Part shown: positions 20,273 to 29,192 of the stretch, piece after piece
Layout of the letters: every line of letters begins with the position of its first letter
Numbering within the stretch: position 1 is the stretch's first letter
Origin: a virus
Taxonomy: Duplodnaviria; Caudoviricetes
Reading direction: 5' to 3' (one strand)
Virus record (IMG/VR): IMGVR_UViG_2706795922_000001
Coordinates: 11,627 to 75,626 of that record
Length of the DNA: 64,000 nt
Notes under the pieces: generated by a model
Told to the model about the DNA's origin: nothing
Databases searched by the model: none
The model's input: only the letters and a program-made list of their open reading frames with translations
Program-made: the position numbers and the translations under genes

Positions 20273-21565
20273 GTGACGGAAAACACAGACAAACCTAAGA
20301 AGCGGGCTAACGGAGACGGCGGGCTTTTCTGGTCCGAAACGCAGCAGTTGTGGGTCGGGAAAGTGTGGATCACAGGACCCAACGGAGAGCCGAAAGAGGT
20401 ACGGCGCACAGCCAAGCTCAAGAGCGAAGCTCAGGCCAAACTCAACAAGCTCCGCGCGGACGTACTCAACGGGAAGATTCAGACGGGTCCCAACAAGACG
20501 CAGACGGTCGCGGAGCATCTGGACTACTGGCTGACCGTAAAGAAGCGGGAGAATCGACCTGGGGGCTACGAGAGCTATGCGGGGACGGCGCGGCTGTACC
20601 TCAAGCCGCACCTGGGGGACTACCGGCTAGACAAGCTGACGACCGCTCACGTCCGGACGATGCTCGCGGCGCTACAGGACGGCGGCTCCACCCGGAACGC
20701 GCAGAAGGCGTATCAGGCGCTTAACAACGCGCTTAAGCTCGCGGTAGACGAGCAGATGATTGAGCGCAATCCCTGCGATCCGATCAAGATGCCCAAGCAC
20801 GTCAAGAAGCAGCGCGGCGCGTTTGAGACGAGCGCGGCGGTCCACGTCCTTAAGACGGCGGCGGCGCGGGACGACGAGAACCACCCACGGCGACCTAAGC
20901 TCGCTAGCCGGTTCGTGGCCGCGTTCATGACCGGCGCGCGGCAGGCCGAGTGCTTAGGGCTGGAATGGGACCGGGTTGACTTCGACAAGGGCTACTTGGA
21001 TATCTCCTGGCAGCTACAGCGGCTTAAGTACGCGCACGGCTGCGGGACGAAACCGGACGGCTCGCCTAAGTGCGGTAAGCAGCGGGTCGGCTTCTGCCCG
21101 GACAAGAAAGAGGACTTCCCTCCCGGCTTTGAGTACCGGCACTGCCACCGGTCGCTGTTCTGGACGCGGCCTAAGACGTTAGCGGGGGAGCGGTATATCC
21201 CGATGGCTCCGCTTCTGCTTGAGAGCCTTAAGGTCCATAAGCGGATGGATAGGGACCCTAATCCGCATGGTCTGGTGTGGCATCACCGGGACGGCAGGCC
21301 AATAAGCCAAGAGGACGATAACCAGGAATGGAACATGCTCTTAGCGGCTGCCGGGATTGAGAAGCAGTCGCGCGAGGTCGTGTTGCACGAAGCGCGGAAT
21401 ACGGCGGCGACGATGCTGCTAGAGAGCGGCGTTGACGCGAAGGTCATTCAGAGCATCTTGGGCCACGCGTCCATCTTGCAGACGCGGGAGTATCAGCGGG
21501 TGAGTCTGGAATTGAGTAAGAGCGCCGTCGCTAACGCGTTCGACGCTCTACTCCCGAAGGCTTAG
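20273..21565 (+). CDS. int: tyrosine integrase
   Basis: GARQAE (R), RPKT (K), LHEARNTAA (H-x-x-R), ILGH, EY catalytic residues; GTG start after GAGGGG. Confidence 0.95.
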   Translation: MTENTDKPKKRANGDGGLFWSETQQLWVGKVWITGPNGEPKEVRRTAKLKSEAQAKLNKLRADVLNGKIQTGPNKTQTVAEHLDYWLTVKKRENRPGGYESYAGTARLYLKPHLGDYRLDKLTTAHVRTMLAALQDGGSTRNAQKAYQALNNALKLAVDEQMIERNPCDPIKMPKHVKKQRGAFETSAAVHVLKTAAARDDENHPRRPKLASRFVAAFMTGARQAECLGLEWDRVDFDKGYLDISWQLQRLKYAHGCGTKPDGSPKCGKQRVGFCPDKKEDFPPGFEYRHCHRSLFWTRPKTLAGERYIPMAPLLLESLKVHKRMDRDPNPHGLVWHHRDGRPISQEDDNQEWNMLLAAAGIEKQSREVVLHEARNTAATMLLESGVDAKVIQSILGHASILQTREYQRVSLELSKSAVANAFDALLPKA

Positions 21566-22353
21566 AAGGATTCCATCTGGGGCTTAGGCTGCTTACGCGT
21601 CTTAAGCACGTCGGCGTGAGTGGCCTTGCCCCTGCGGACCTTTTTCCACAGGCCGGTTTTCATGTGGCGCTGCTTAAGCTGCCATGAGATTGCGGACGTA
21701 ATTCCGAAGCCGCACGCGGCGAGCGCGGTGAGTGTCCATGCGTGGCGCGCGTAGTCGTTGTTGTAGAGGACTCCCACGACTCGCTCAGCACCGGCCAGGA
21801 GGGCTACGAAGCAGCACGCGATGTAGGCGCACATGATGTTGCGCGAGCGCGGGTCGGTCATCTTGATAATGACCAGCAGCCGCCCAATCTGGAATATCCA
21901 CCAGGCGAACGCTGCCGTTAGGAGCGCGTCAACGGCCCTGTCGTCGCACAGGGGCGAGTAGAACGCGCCGATCATGGTAGGCGTGATGAGCGTGCAGGGG
22001 AGCGTGATGTTGCGCTTAACCCAATCTTCGCGCTCGTCCTCGGTGTAGTCGAGCCGGGCCGCGAGCGAGTACAGGAATGACGCCATGCCCATGAGGATGA
22101 TGCTGTCACCGAGAATCTGGGGGATGGGCAGAAGCTCGTCCACGAAGCCCAACTCCGGCCATACCGTCGTGCGTACGAATGGCGATCCCAGAGTTAGGCC
22201 CACGGTGCAGCACACACCGCAGAACGTCGTTGCGGATTCCCACCGGCACCGCCAGGTATTTCGTCGCGTCCATTGAATGTAGGCAGATGCCAGAAGCACG
22301 CCGATGAGGATGAGGTTGAAGTACCGGAGGTCCATAGGGACGTACGAGGACAT
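21562..22353 (-). CDS. multi-pass membrane protein downstream of repressor
   Basis: about 263 aa with ~6-7 hydrophobic segments; start uncertain. Confidence 0.7.
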   Translation of the reverse strand: MSSYVPMDLRYFNLILIGVLLASAYIQWTRRNTWRCRWESATTFCGVCCTVGLTLGSPFVRTTVWPELGFVDELLPIPQILGDSIILMGMASFLYSLAARLDYTEDEREDWVKRNITLPCTLITPTMIGAFYSPLCDDRAVDALLTAAFAWWIFQIGRLLVIIKMTDPRSRNIMCAYIACCFVALLAGAERVVGVLYNNDYARHAWTLTALAACGFGITSAISWQLKQRHMKTGLWKKVRRGKATHADVLKTRKQPKPQMESF

Positions 22354-22507
22354 ACGCGCATGGCTTTCTCGAACACGCCCGCCTGGTCTAGATGGGCGCA
22401 ATGTGGGAGGGGGACTGCACTGCTTATCGCTGTTGCGTAGCAAAACGTTTCAGCGGGTGTACGCCTGGGACACTAGTCCCAATTTTGGGAAACGCGCAAG
22501 TGCCCCA

Positions 22508-22891
22508 TCACATTGGCGGGCTGTCGAGTCGCGCCCTGACCCGTCGCCGCTTACTGCGGACCGCTCGGCGGGTCACTATCGAAGGGTGGGGGCTGTCAAT
22601 ATCGTCGTCGCCTTCAACGTCAACCACCCCCTGATCCGCGAGGTAGTCAACAAGCTCCCGTTGGTCTAGGTGCCCGAAGCGCACCAGCAGGTCCACCTTG
22701 TTAAGGCCGAACGCGTCGGCAATGAGCATGAGGTTAGGCACGCTATTGAGCACGCCCTTGTCCCTCTGCTCGTAGTAAGTAGAGCGGGACATGCCCAGCG
22801 CGCTTAGCGCCTCCTGCATTCGCACCTGCCGCTTGAGCAGGTAGGACACAACCACTATGAGGTCGTTGTCCTGATCATTGTTGGCCGACAT
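22508..22891 (-). CDS. immunity repressor (HTH)
   Basis: QEALSALGMSRSTYY HTH; divergent from cro-like gene; near integrase. Confidence 0.8.
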   Translation of the reverse strand: MSANNDQDNDLIVVVSYLLKRQVRMQEALSALGMSRSTYYEQRDKGVLNSVPNLMLIADAFGLNKVDLLVRFGHLDQRELVDYLADQGVVDVEGDDDIDSPHPSIVTRRAVRSKRRRVRARLDSPPM

Positions 22892-22902
22892 GCCGCTCAG
22901 TG

Positions 22903-22987
22903 TGTCGGATTTTCCGGACACTTGCAAGCGGTTCTGACCTGCGAGATTGAAGTCACATCGTTGTAATTTTGTCCGATTTTCCGGACA
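22903..22987. promoter_or_regulatory. two 18-bp near-palindromic operator-like sites
   Basis: TGTCGGATTTTCCGGACA (22903-22920) and TGTCCGATTTTCCGGACA (22970-22987) between repressor and cro. Confidence 0.7.
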
Positions 22988-23029
22988 CGTTTGGCCTGAA
23001 TCGGACTTGGGTATGTTACGTTTCTTTCC

Positions 23030-23329
23030 GTGCCGAACACCCCTCCCAACACCGCAAACCACAGCATCGAATGGATTCCCCAAGCAGTAGAAAACCTGCT
23101 GCACAACCACGACATTTTGACCCGCAACGAGCTTGCCAAGGTTCTCGGAGTTGCCAGGTCCACGGTCTACAGCGCATTTGCTGAGGACTGGACCGGTGAG
23201 CCGTCAATCAAGATGCTTGCCCACATGGCCGGATACTTCCGCGTACCTATCGGAGCGCTTGTCACGGAGCCTGGCCGCACGGCTGCTAAGCGTGCGTCAC
23301 GGCGTGTAAATGTCCGGATAAGCGCATGA
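23030..23329 (+). CDS. Cro-like HTH protein
   Basis: TRNELAKVLGVARSTVY HTH, divergent from repressor. Confidence 0.8.
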   Translation: MPNTPPNTANHSIEWIPQAVENLLHNHDILTRNELAKVLGVARSTVYSAFAEDWTGEPSIKMLAHMAGYFRVPIGALVTEPGRTAAKRASRRVNVRISA

Positions 23330-23541
23330 GTACGGCAACGCTGTCCGATCCGGAAAACCTGACACCGCTAATGGTGACCCGCCAGGACGCGGCCCGGCTC
23401 CTGGGCCTGAGCCTGCGCGAGGTCGATAACCTCCGCGCCTCCGGTCGCCTGATGGCAAAGAAGCACGGCTCCAAAGTTCTGTTCCCCCGCGCTGAGCTTG
23501 AGCGCTTCGTTAACGACCTGCCTTGGGAGATTGACCAGTGA
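23326..23541 (+). CDS. excisionase-like HTH protein
   Basis: VTRQDAARLLGLSLREV..RASGRL...KHGSKVLF HTH_17-like pattern. Confidence 0.75.
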   Translation: MSTATLSDPENLTPLMVTRQDAARLLGLSLREVDNLRASGRLMAKKHGSKVLFPRAELERFVNDLPWEIDQ

Positions 23542-23933
23542 CCGAACAGCCCGAACTTGAGTTCCCGTTTCACATGCAGTTGACCGAACCCGATTACGAC
23601 TCCGCTAAGGCGCTTAAGGACGCGCTAGAGCTTCTAAGAAAGGATGGCTGGGGACGTGGAAAGTTTTACGATCAGTCCACAGGCAAGCGCGACTCTCTTG
23701 GGGCGCTCGGAGCACCCTTCGGGACAACCCGGCCAGAGGCAGTCGATTACCTCGCCTACGCCGTGCGGATGCGTGACGGCGCTCCCCCTATCCCGGCAAG
23801 CATGGACCCGCAGCGCGTCGTCATCGCGTGGAACGACGGCTTCCGGCGCAAGTTCTCAGAAGTCGAGTCCGTGTTCAAAGCAGCTATTCGCTACGCAGAG
23901 GGTAAGGGCGTCTCAGTGCGACCGGGCCGTTAG
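23538..23933 (+). CDS. hypothetical protein
   Basis: 131 aa; GWGRG..LGAL..IAWND pattern common in actinophage proteins; GTGA overlap. Confidence 0.65.
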   Translation: MTEQPELEFPFHMQLTEPDYDSAKALKDALELLRKDGWGRGKFYDQSTGKRDSLGALGAPFGTTRPEAVDYLAYAVRMRDGAPPIPASMDPQRVVIAWNDGFRRKFSEVESVFKAAIRYAEGKGVSVRPGR

Positions 23934-24104
23934 GGACACGGTTCTCTGCGCGCTTTCCTTAGCGGCTCTGATCCTCATTGGAGCCATCGTTCTTAACGCT
24001 TGGTTTGGAGGTTGGTTCTAATGGAGTCATGCGCTGTACTCGGAAGTCCTATTCTCACGGATTCTCGCCTCTTCCCGTTATCCTATAAAGGTGAGGGTGA
24101 GGGG

Positions 24105-24428
24105 ATGAGAAAGTTCAAGGACGTGATCGCGGAAGCGCGAATGGTCGCAATGCTTAACCCTCTCGGTCGCAATGAGAATGCGGCTTACACGGAGAGGGAC
24201 GGAGAGCCATGCTGCATCTTCGGTCACGTTCTTGAACGCCTGGGAATCGGTATCGCGTCCTGGGAAGTGCTTAACAACTTCACACTCGCTGAACTGCCTT
24301 GGGCCGACTTCGGCTTTGAGGAACCTAATGCCTACCAGATTCTTTGGACTACTAAGGTCCAAGCGGCTGCGGACAGCGGGGACGCGTGGATCATCGCAAT
24401 TGCGATGGCTGACGCAACCCTGATCTAA
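24105..24428 (+). CDS. hypothetical protein
   Basis: GAGGG RBS then ATG; PCCIFGHVL motif. Confidence 0.6.
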   Translation: MRKFKDVIAEARMVAMLNPLGRNENAAYTERDGEPCCIFGHVLERLGIGIASWEVLNNFTLAELPWADFGFEEPNAYQILWTTKVQAAADSGDAWIIAIAMADATLI

Positions 24429-24448
24429 GCAGCATTTAGTAACAACCA

Positions 24449-24810
24449 TACGTAGTTGACCTCTACGAACTAACCCCGTTGCCGGGGAGCCTGTGAACAT
24501 GTACCGGGCTGCTGAGTGGTTCGCCAGCAAGTAAGTCAACGTGAGTACGTAACGCGGACGAACCGGTCCCTATGGGCGAATGCCCATAGCAGCCGGAGAA
24601 CGCGGGAGCGATGAGTAGCGGTTAGTGCCAGATCGGCGGCTACAAGCAAGGGCTATGGGTGAAAGTGATTGCCTAGCTTACGGGTGCAATCCCCGTTCAT
24701 CGCACCAGGCCGGGGCGGTCGAGACGCACGGAACGACGGGCATCGTTCTTAAGGGGCGCGGACGCGTAAGGGTGTGACGCTACGCAGCCCGATGCTGCTC
24801 CCCCCCGGCC
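24449..24810 (+). ncRNA. candidate structured ncRNA with tRNA-like domain (24608-24707) ending ACCA
   Basis: no convincing ORF; many nested helices; acceptor GCGATGA/TCATCGC+ACCA and T-arm ACGGG-TGCAATC-CCCGT. Confidence 0.6.
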
Positions 24811-24850
24811 ATTCTCTTAAGTCACCACAACCACAACGAAAGGGCACGCA

Positions 24851-25213
24851 ATGACGGGTGTTATCTATCTCGGTGAGCCGACCGGCCCACGACTGCGGAG
24901 CCTTAGCCTCGCTAAGACGCGCGAGCTTGACGCGTGGTTGACGCACGCAATTTCCTTCGGTGCTTCCAAGCACGATAAGGACTTGCCGGTGGACTACACG
25001 CGAGCGCTTAGCACGCTGGCGCAGCGCCGGGGCATCCGGTTCCACTTCAACGGGGACCGTATGCGCGTACCGGGTGAGGTCCCGCTGGGGTCGAACATTC
25101 CCGGCTGTGTGGGTGGCTCTAAACGAAAGATCACCGTTACCGACGAACGCGCGAACGCATCGAAACATGGACAGGCCGTCGAACCGTGGAATATGCGGGA
25201 TTGGCGGGAATAG
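24851..25213 (+). CDS. hypothetical protein
   Basis: 120 aa with GAAAGGG RBS. Confidence 0.55.
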   Translation: MTGVIYLGEPTGPRLRSLSLAKTRELDAWLTHAISFGASKHDKDLPVDYTRALSTLAQRRGIRFHFNGDRMRVPGEVPLGSNIPGCVGGSKRKITVTDERANASKHGQAVEPWNMRDWRE

Positions 25214-25243
25214 TTGACGAGTACCGGTCACGCCGTGTACGGT
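25214..25243 (+). promoter_or_regulatory. SigA-like promoter with CACGCCGTG spacer motif
   Basis: TTGACG-18 nt-TACGGT; spacer shared with right-end promoters. Confidence 0.6.
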
Positions 25244-25396
25244 ATCAATCAGTGGAGGACCGAATGGCTCAACTCTCCTGCGAACTGAATTGCGGGGCTA
25301 GCTACACCGAGGAATACCAGCTTCACCTTCACCACTACGCATCCGAAAAGGGCATCCTTCCCACCTGTGGTAAGGGCCGCGAGCGAAAGGCGCGCA

Positions 25397-26206
25397 ATGC
25401 CGAGCGAGGAAATCAGGTCGCCTGACAAGCTGATGCTTGCCGGGGACTGGCACGGTAACTTGCCGTGGGCGTTCAAGGCGCTGCATTACGCGAAGTCGGA
25501 AGGTGCGGACACGATTCTGCACCTGGGAGACTTCGGGTTCTGGCAGACCGCTAACCCACGGACCGTGCAGTTCCTTAGCGAGGTTGATAAGGAGCTTAAG
25601 GCTCTTAACATCAATCTGCTTTGGGTTGACGGCAACCATGAAGATCACGCGTTCTGGAACAGCTTCAACCGTCCGGGCGCGGAGCCGGTCACGCTCTCTT
25701 CGTGCTCCAACATCACACACCTTCCGCGTGGTTACCGCTGGGAGTGGTGGGGCGATACGTGGATGGCGCTAGGCGGCGCTCATTCGATCAACTCGCATTA
25801 CTGCACGCCGGGCGAGGACTGGTGGCCGGGCGAGTGGATTGACGACGAACAGCTTGAGTACGCGATGCGTCCCGGCAAGGTGGACATAATCGTCGCTCAC
25901 GACGCGCCGACCAACGCGGACATTCCGGGGATCGTTCCCGGTAAGGCCGTTTACCTCCATATCGGGGGGATGAAGCGGCGCATGACGACCGGCGACATGT
26001 TCAAGGCTCAGGAACACCGGGAGCGTATTCAAGCCGTGTGCGATGCGGTTAAGCCGGTGGAGTTCTACCACGGCCATTACCACAAGGCATACAACACCTT
26101 GGCTCGCGTTAAGGGCGGCAGTTACGTCAACGTGCGCGGGCTGGACAAAGACGAAACGACTATGGCAGCGAACACCCATTTCATCACGGAAGGTTTGAAC
26201 GACTAA
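25397..26206 (+). CDS. calcineurin-like metallophosphoesterase
   Basis: GDWH, HLGD, GNHE, HGHYH motifs. Confidence 0.9.
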   Translation: MPSEEIRSPDKLMLAGDWHGNLPWAFKALHYAKSEGADTILHLGDFGFWQTANPRTVQFLSEVDKELKALNINLLWVDGNHEDHAFWNSFNRPGAEPVTLSSCSNITHLPRGYRWEWWGDTWMALGGAHSINSHYCTPGEDWWPGEWIDDEQLEYAMRPGKVDIIVAHDAPTNADIPGIVPGKAVYLHIGGMKRRMTTGDMFKAQEHRERIQAVCDAVKPVEFYHGHYHKAYNTLARVKGGSYVNVRGLDKDETTMAANTHFITEGLND

Positions 26207-26424
26207 TGCTGGACACCGCAGAGCGAAAGGTCACCCGCCGTCCGGACGGTGACCTGACGATTGAGGGCACAAGCGTTTGGATGCCCGCTGACCCTAAGAA
26301 GCTCGCCCAGGAGCGCGCGGAGGTCATGCAGCGGCTTGCTGATCTGACGCGGGCTGAGTTGTTTCTTGCCGCGACACCCACGCCCACCTACATGCTGAGG
26401 GGGGATTACTACCGTGAGGGCTAG
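26206..26424 (+). CDS. hypothetical protein
   Basis: TAATG-coupled 72 aa ORF. Confidence 0.6.
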   Translation: MLDTAERKVTRRPDGDLTIEGTSVWMPADPKKLAQERAEVMQRLADLTRAELFLAATPTPTYMLRGDYYREG

Positions 26425-26621
26425 TGAGCGCTTAGAGCAGCGCAACGACATTCTGGCGGTCATCGCGCAGATAGATGACGACCTAAGCGGGCTTAGCGAC
26501 GATAAGTCTTTCCGGTCTGCTCAGCAGGCGCGGGAAATGTTGGAAACGCGGCACGAACTGTCGCGCGAGTTGCAAACGCTCGGGTTCCAAGCGCCTGAGC
26601 TTGACGAAAGGTTGCGGAACC

Positions 26622-26882
26622 GTGAGGGCAATCCTGGCTCTCGTCGTCCTCGCTTTGGTGGCGGCGGCGATCCTTCTCGTACTGGCGTGGTTGCGAAACG
26701 CCGTATTGGCCCGGCGAGCGCGAGCTAAGGCGCTTACCGACAAGTACCCGCTTCTGGGCGTGCTTAAGGGCGCGGACCGTAAGCGCTATCTAGCTGAGCT
26801 AGTTGAGCGCGAGCAAGAGGCGTACGACGAGGAAAAGACTGAGCGGTTCTCGGACATGCTCAAGCGCAGTACCTACAACTGA
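26622..26882 (+). CDS. small membrane protein
   Basis: GTG start, long hydrophobic N-terminus. Confidence 0.55.
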   Translation: MRAILALVVLALVAAAILLVLAWLRNAVLARRARAKALTDKYPLLGVLKGADRKRYLAELVEREQEAYDEEKTERFSDMLKRSTYN

Positions 26883-26950
26883 ATATCGCATCCGAAAAGG
26901 GACCCCTGAGGCTAAGGCTTCGGGGGTCCTTTCCTATGGAAGGAACCAGT

Positions 26951-27883
26951 TTGAACCGTAAGCGCATTGCGGCTTTCGCGGTGGCGGCTCTGGCCGTCCT
27001 GCCTATCGTCGCGTGTTCTACGTCGGTGCCAGCGGGTGTTACGGCGGTCAAGGTGGAGGACTACGCGTTCATCCCGACTGACCCGACCGTTGAGGGCTGC
27101 ATTAAGCCTGAGACGAACGAGTACAACCCGATTGGCGGCTTCAAGGCGTACATGTACCCGGCCCGCCAGATCAGCTACGACGCGCTGGACGCGCCGGATG
27201 CCGAGGCTCCGGCCACGGTCGTCGTGTCTAACGCTTCGGCTCCGGCTGAGCTTAAGGTCCCGGTTACGGTGACGTTCGATCTGACGCAGGACTGCGAGCA
27301 GCTTAAGAACTTCCACCGTGACTTCGGTACCAAGTACCAGGGCTGGCTTAACGATGACGGCTCGGTGTCTCAGGGCTGGAAAGACCTGCTGAACTACGTG
27401 GTGGGTCAGCCGTTGCAGAACACGTTGGTTTCCATCGCGCAGAAGTACGAGTGGCGCAAAATCTGGAACGACGAGGCCGTTCGGGTCGAGTTCCAGAACG
27501 CTCTCCGGGAGACGCTGCCTAAGGTGTCGCGGGACCGTACTGACGGCGTGGACTACTTCACCAATTTCCAGGTGACGGTTATGAAGCCCGATCCGGTGGA
27601 CGCCAACCTCAAGTCGGCCATCATCGCTGAGCAGAACAGCATCGCGCAGGCTCGCGCGGCTGAGGCTAAGGGCGTGGCTGACGCTAACGCTGCTAAGGCT
27701 AAGGCCGAAGCGGACGTGGCGGCGGCGGTCGCTCAGACCAAGGTCGCTGAGCAGGAGGCGCTTAAGCGCGCTGCCGAGATTCGGGGTTACCCGGACGTGG
27801 ATTCCTACCTCAAGGCGGTTGCCATTGAGAAGGGCATCACGCCGTGGCCGTCTCCGGTGATCGCGGGCGCTCCGGCTCGCTAA
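26951..27883 (+). CDS. SPFH/Band-7-like lipoprotein
   Basis: signal peptide with IVAC lipobox; SPFH-like core; Ala/Glu/Lys coiled-coil tail. Confidence 0.75.
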   Translation: MNRKRIAAFAVAALAVLPIVACSTSVPAGVTAVKVEDYAFIPTDPTVEGCIKPETNEYNPIGGFKAYMYPARQISYDALDAPDAEAPATVVVSNASAPAELKVPVTVTFDLTQDCEQLKNFHRDFGTKYQGWLNDDGSVSQGWKDLLNYVVGQPLQNTLVSIAQKYEWRKIWNDEAVRVEFQNALRETLPKVSRDRTDGVDYFTNFQVTVMKPDPVDANLKSAIIAEQNSIAQARAAEAKGVADANAAKAKAEADVAAAVAQTKVAEQEALKRAAEIRGYPDVDSYLKAVAIEKGITPWPSPVIAGAPAR

Positions 27884-27938
27884 TTCTCCCTTAGGTGGGG
27901 CGCGTCACCTAAGCGGCTGCTCTACAACAACGCGCGCT

Positions 27939-28021
27939 GTGGCGAAGGCAACTGTTGGTTTGTTGCACCTGCCTGTAAAGCAGGCGCTTCGGCTTCGGGG
28001 GTTCAATTCCCTCTCGCCACA
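27939..28021 (+). tRNA. tRNA-Tyr(GTA)
   Basis: acceptor GTGGCGA/TCGCCAC; CCTGC-CTGTAAA-GCAGG anticodon arm; long variable arm; GGTTCAATTCC T-arm; atypical D-arm. Confidence 0.8.
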
Positions 28022-28054
28022 CGCTTTACCAGTAACCAAACCCTTAAGGATGAC

Positions 28055-28450
28055 ATGTCTAAGAGCAATCTCTTTGATCAGCCGGGCGTCGAGCAGATGA
28101 TTCCCGGTAAGGAACTGCCGGTAGCCGTTAAGGTCACCGGTCGCAACATGCACGCGGTGTCGCTGCTGGTGTCGGTGGCCGGTGAGCAGACCGGCGTCCG
28201 TACCGCTGTCTCGGCGTTCTTTGAGTCGGACGGCTCGCTTGATCACGTCAAGCTGACCGCGCCGGGCTACGACCAGGACGTGCCTGCCGGTGACTACTTG
28301 GTGCTGAGCGACGACAAGACGACCATCGTCGTTACGGATCAGGAAACCTACGAGTACAGCAAGGCGCTGTTCCCGATCCTGTCCGCTGTCGATGAAGCCG
28401 TTAGCGCTGTCGCGGACGCGCTCGGTTCGACGCTGGGGCTTGTGAAATGA
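28055..28450 (+). CDS. hypothetical protein
   Basis: 131 aa, AAGGA RBS. Confidence 0.65.
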   Translation: MSKSNLFDQPGVEQMIPGKELPVAVKVTGRNMHAVSLLVSVAGEQTGVRTAVSAFFESDGSLDHVKLTAPGYDQDVPAGDYLVLSDDKTTIVVTDQETYEYSKALFPILSAVDEAVSAVADALGSTLGLVK

Positions 28451-28692
28451 GCCTCTTCAAGAAGCCAGCCGCGCCGGTTGCCGTTAAGGCTCCTAAGACC
28501 GTGGCGTCCATCACGGCGGGGCTGAGCGACACGCTTGCGGAGCTTGAGGCGCACGCCGACGAGCAGACGACGCAGGCTGAGGCTCAGCGGCAAATGGCTG
28601 AGTACGCGTTGGCCGCTGCTGATAAGCACAAGGCTGAGTCTGAACTGGCGGTTAAGGTTGCCGGGAATATCAAGGCTCTGCTCGGCGCGTGA
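28447..28692 (+). CDS. hypothetical coiled-coil protein
   Basis: 81 aa, ATGA overlap. Confidence 0.65.
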   Translation: MSLFKKPAAPVAVKAPKTVASITAGLSDTLAELEAHADEQTTQAEAQRQMAEYALAAADKHKAESELAVKVAGNIKALLGA

Positions 28693-28947
28693 TCACGTCA
28701 GTTATGAGGCACCTGTTCGCGCTCCATTACTTCCGTAAGGAGCGCGGCAGGTTGCCAACACTCAGAGAGCACTACCGAGAGGTAACAGGTAAGTGAACCT
28801 TCGCTTTAAGGTGCTCGGCTACACCATTGCGTCAGTCGAGCTTGAAATGCCGGAGTCCGTTGAGCCGGAAGTTGCCCAGCCGGTCACGAAGCTCACGCAA
28901 CGCCTCGTTAAGGGCGTTAGCCGCTTGTGGGTTAAGGGGATGGCGGC

Positions 28948-29181
28948 GTGACGGTGGACGGCGTTAAGAAGCGCTCCCCGGAGCAGGGCCGCATCGTTAT
29001 CACCCTTGAGTACGACGTGCCCCGTTCGTACTGGCACCAATACGCAGAGGGCCGCAAGATCACGGTCACTGATGCAGTCGATTGCCTACGGCTGAACGTT
29101 CAGGACTGGGAGGCGGGCGAGCTTTCCCTTGCGGAACTAATCGACGGCGCTAGCGAGATAAGCGTTACCGCCACTAAGTAA
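28948..29181 (+). CDS. hypothetical protein
   Basis: 77 aa, GTG start. Confidence 0.55.
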   Translation: MTVDGVKKRSPEQGRIVITLEYDVPRSYWHQYAEGRKITVTDAVDCLRLNVQDWEAGELSLAELIDGASEISVTATK

Positions 29182-29192
29182 GAAAGACGAAC

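Noticed and set aside
22892-23110. Extended repressor N-terminus
   Set aside because: Overlaps the operators and the divergent cro gene.
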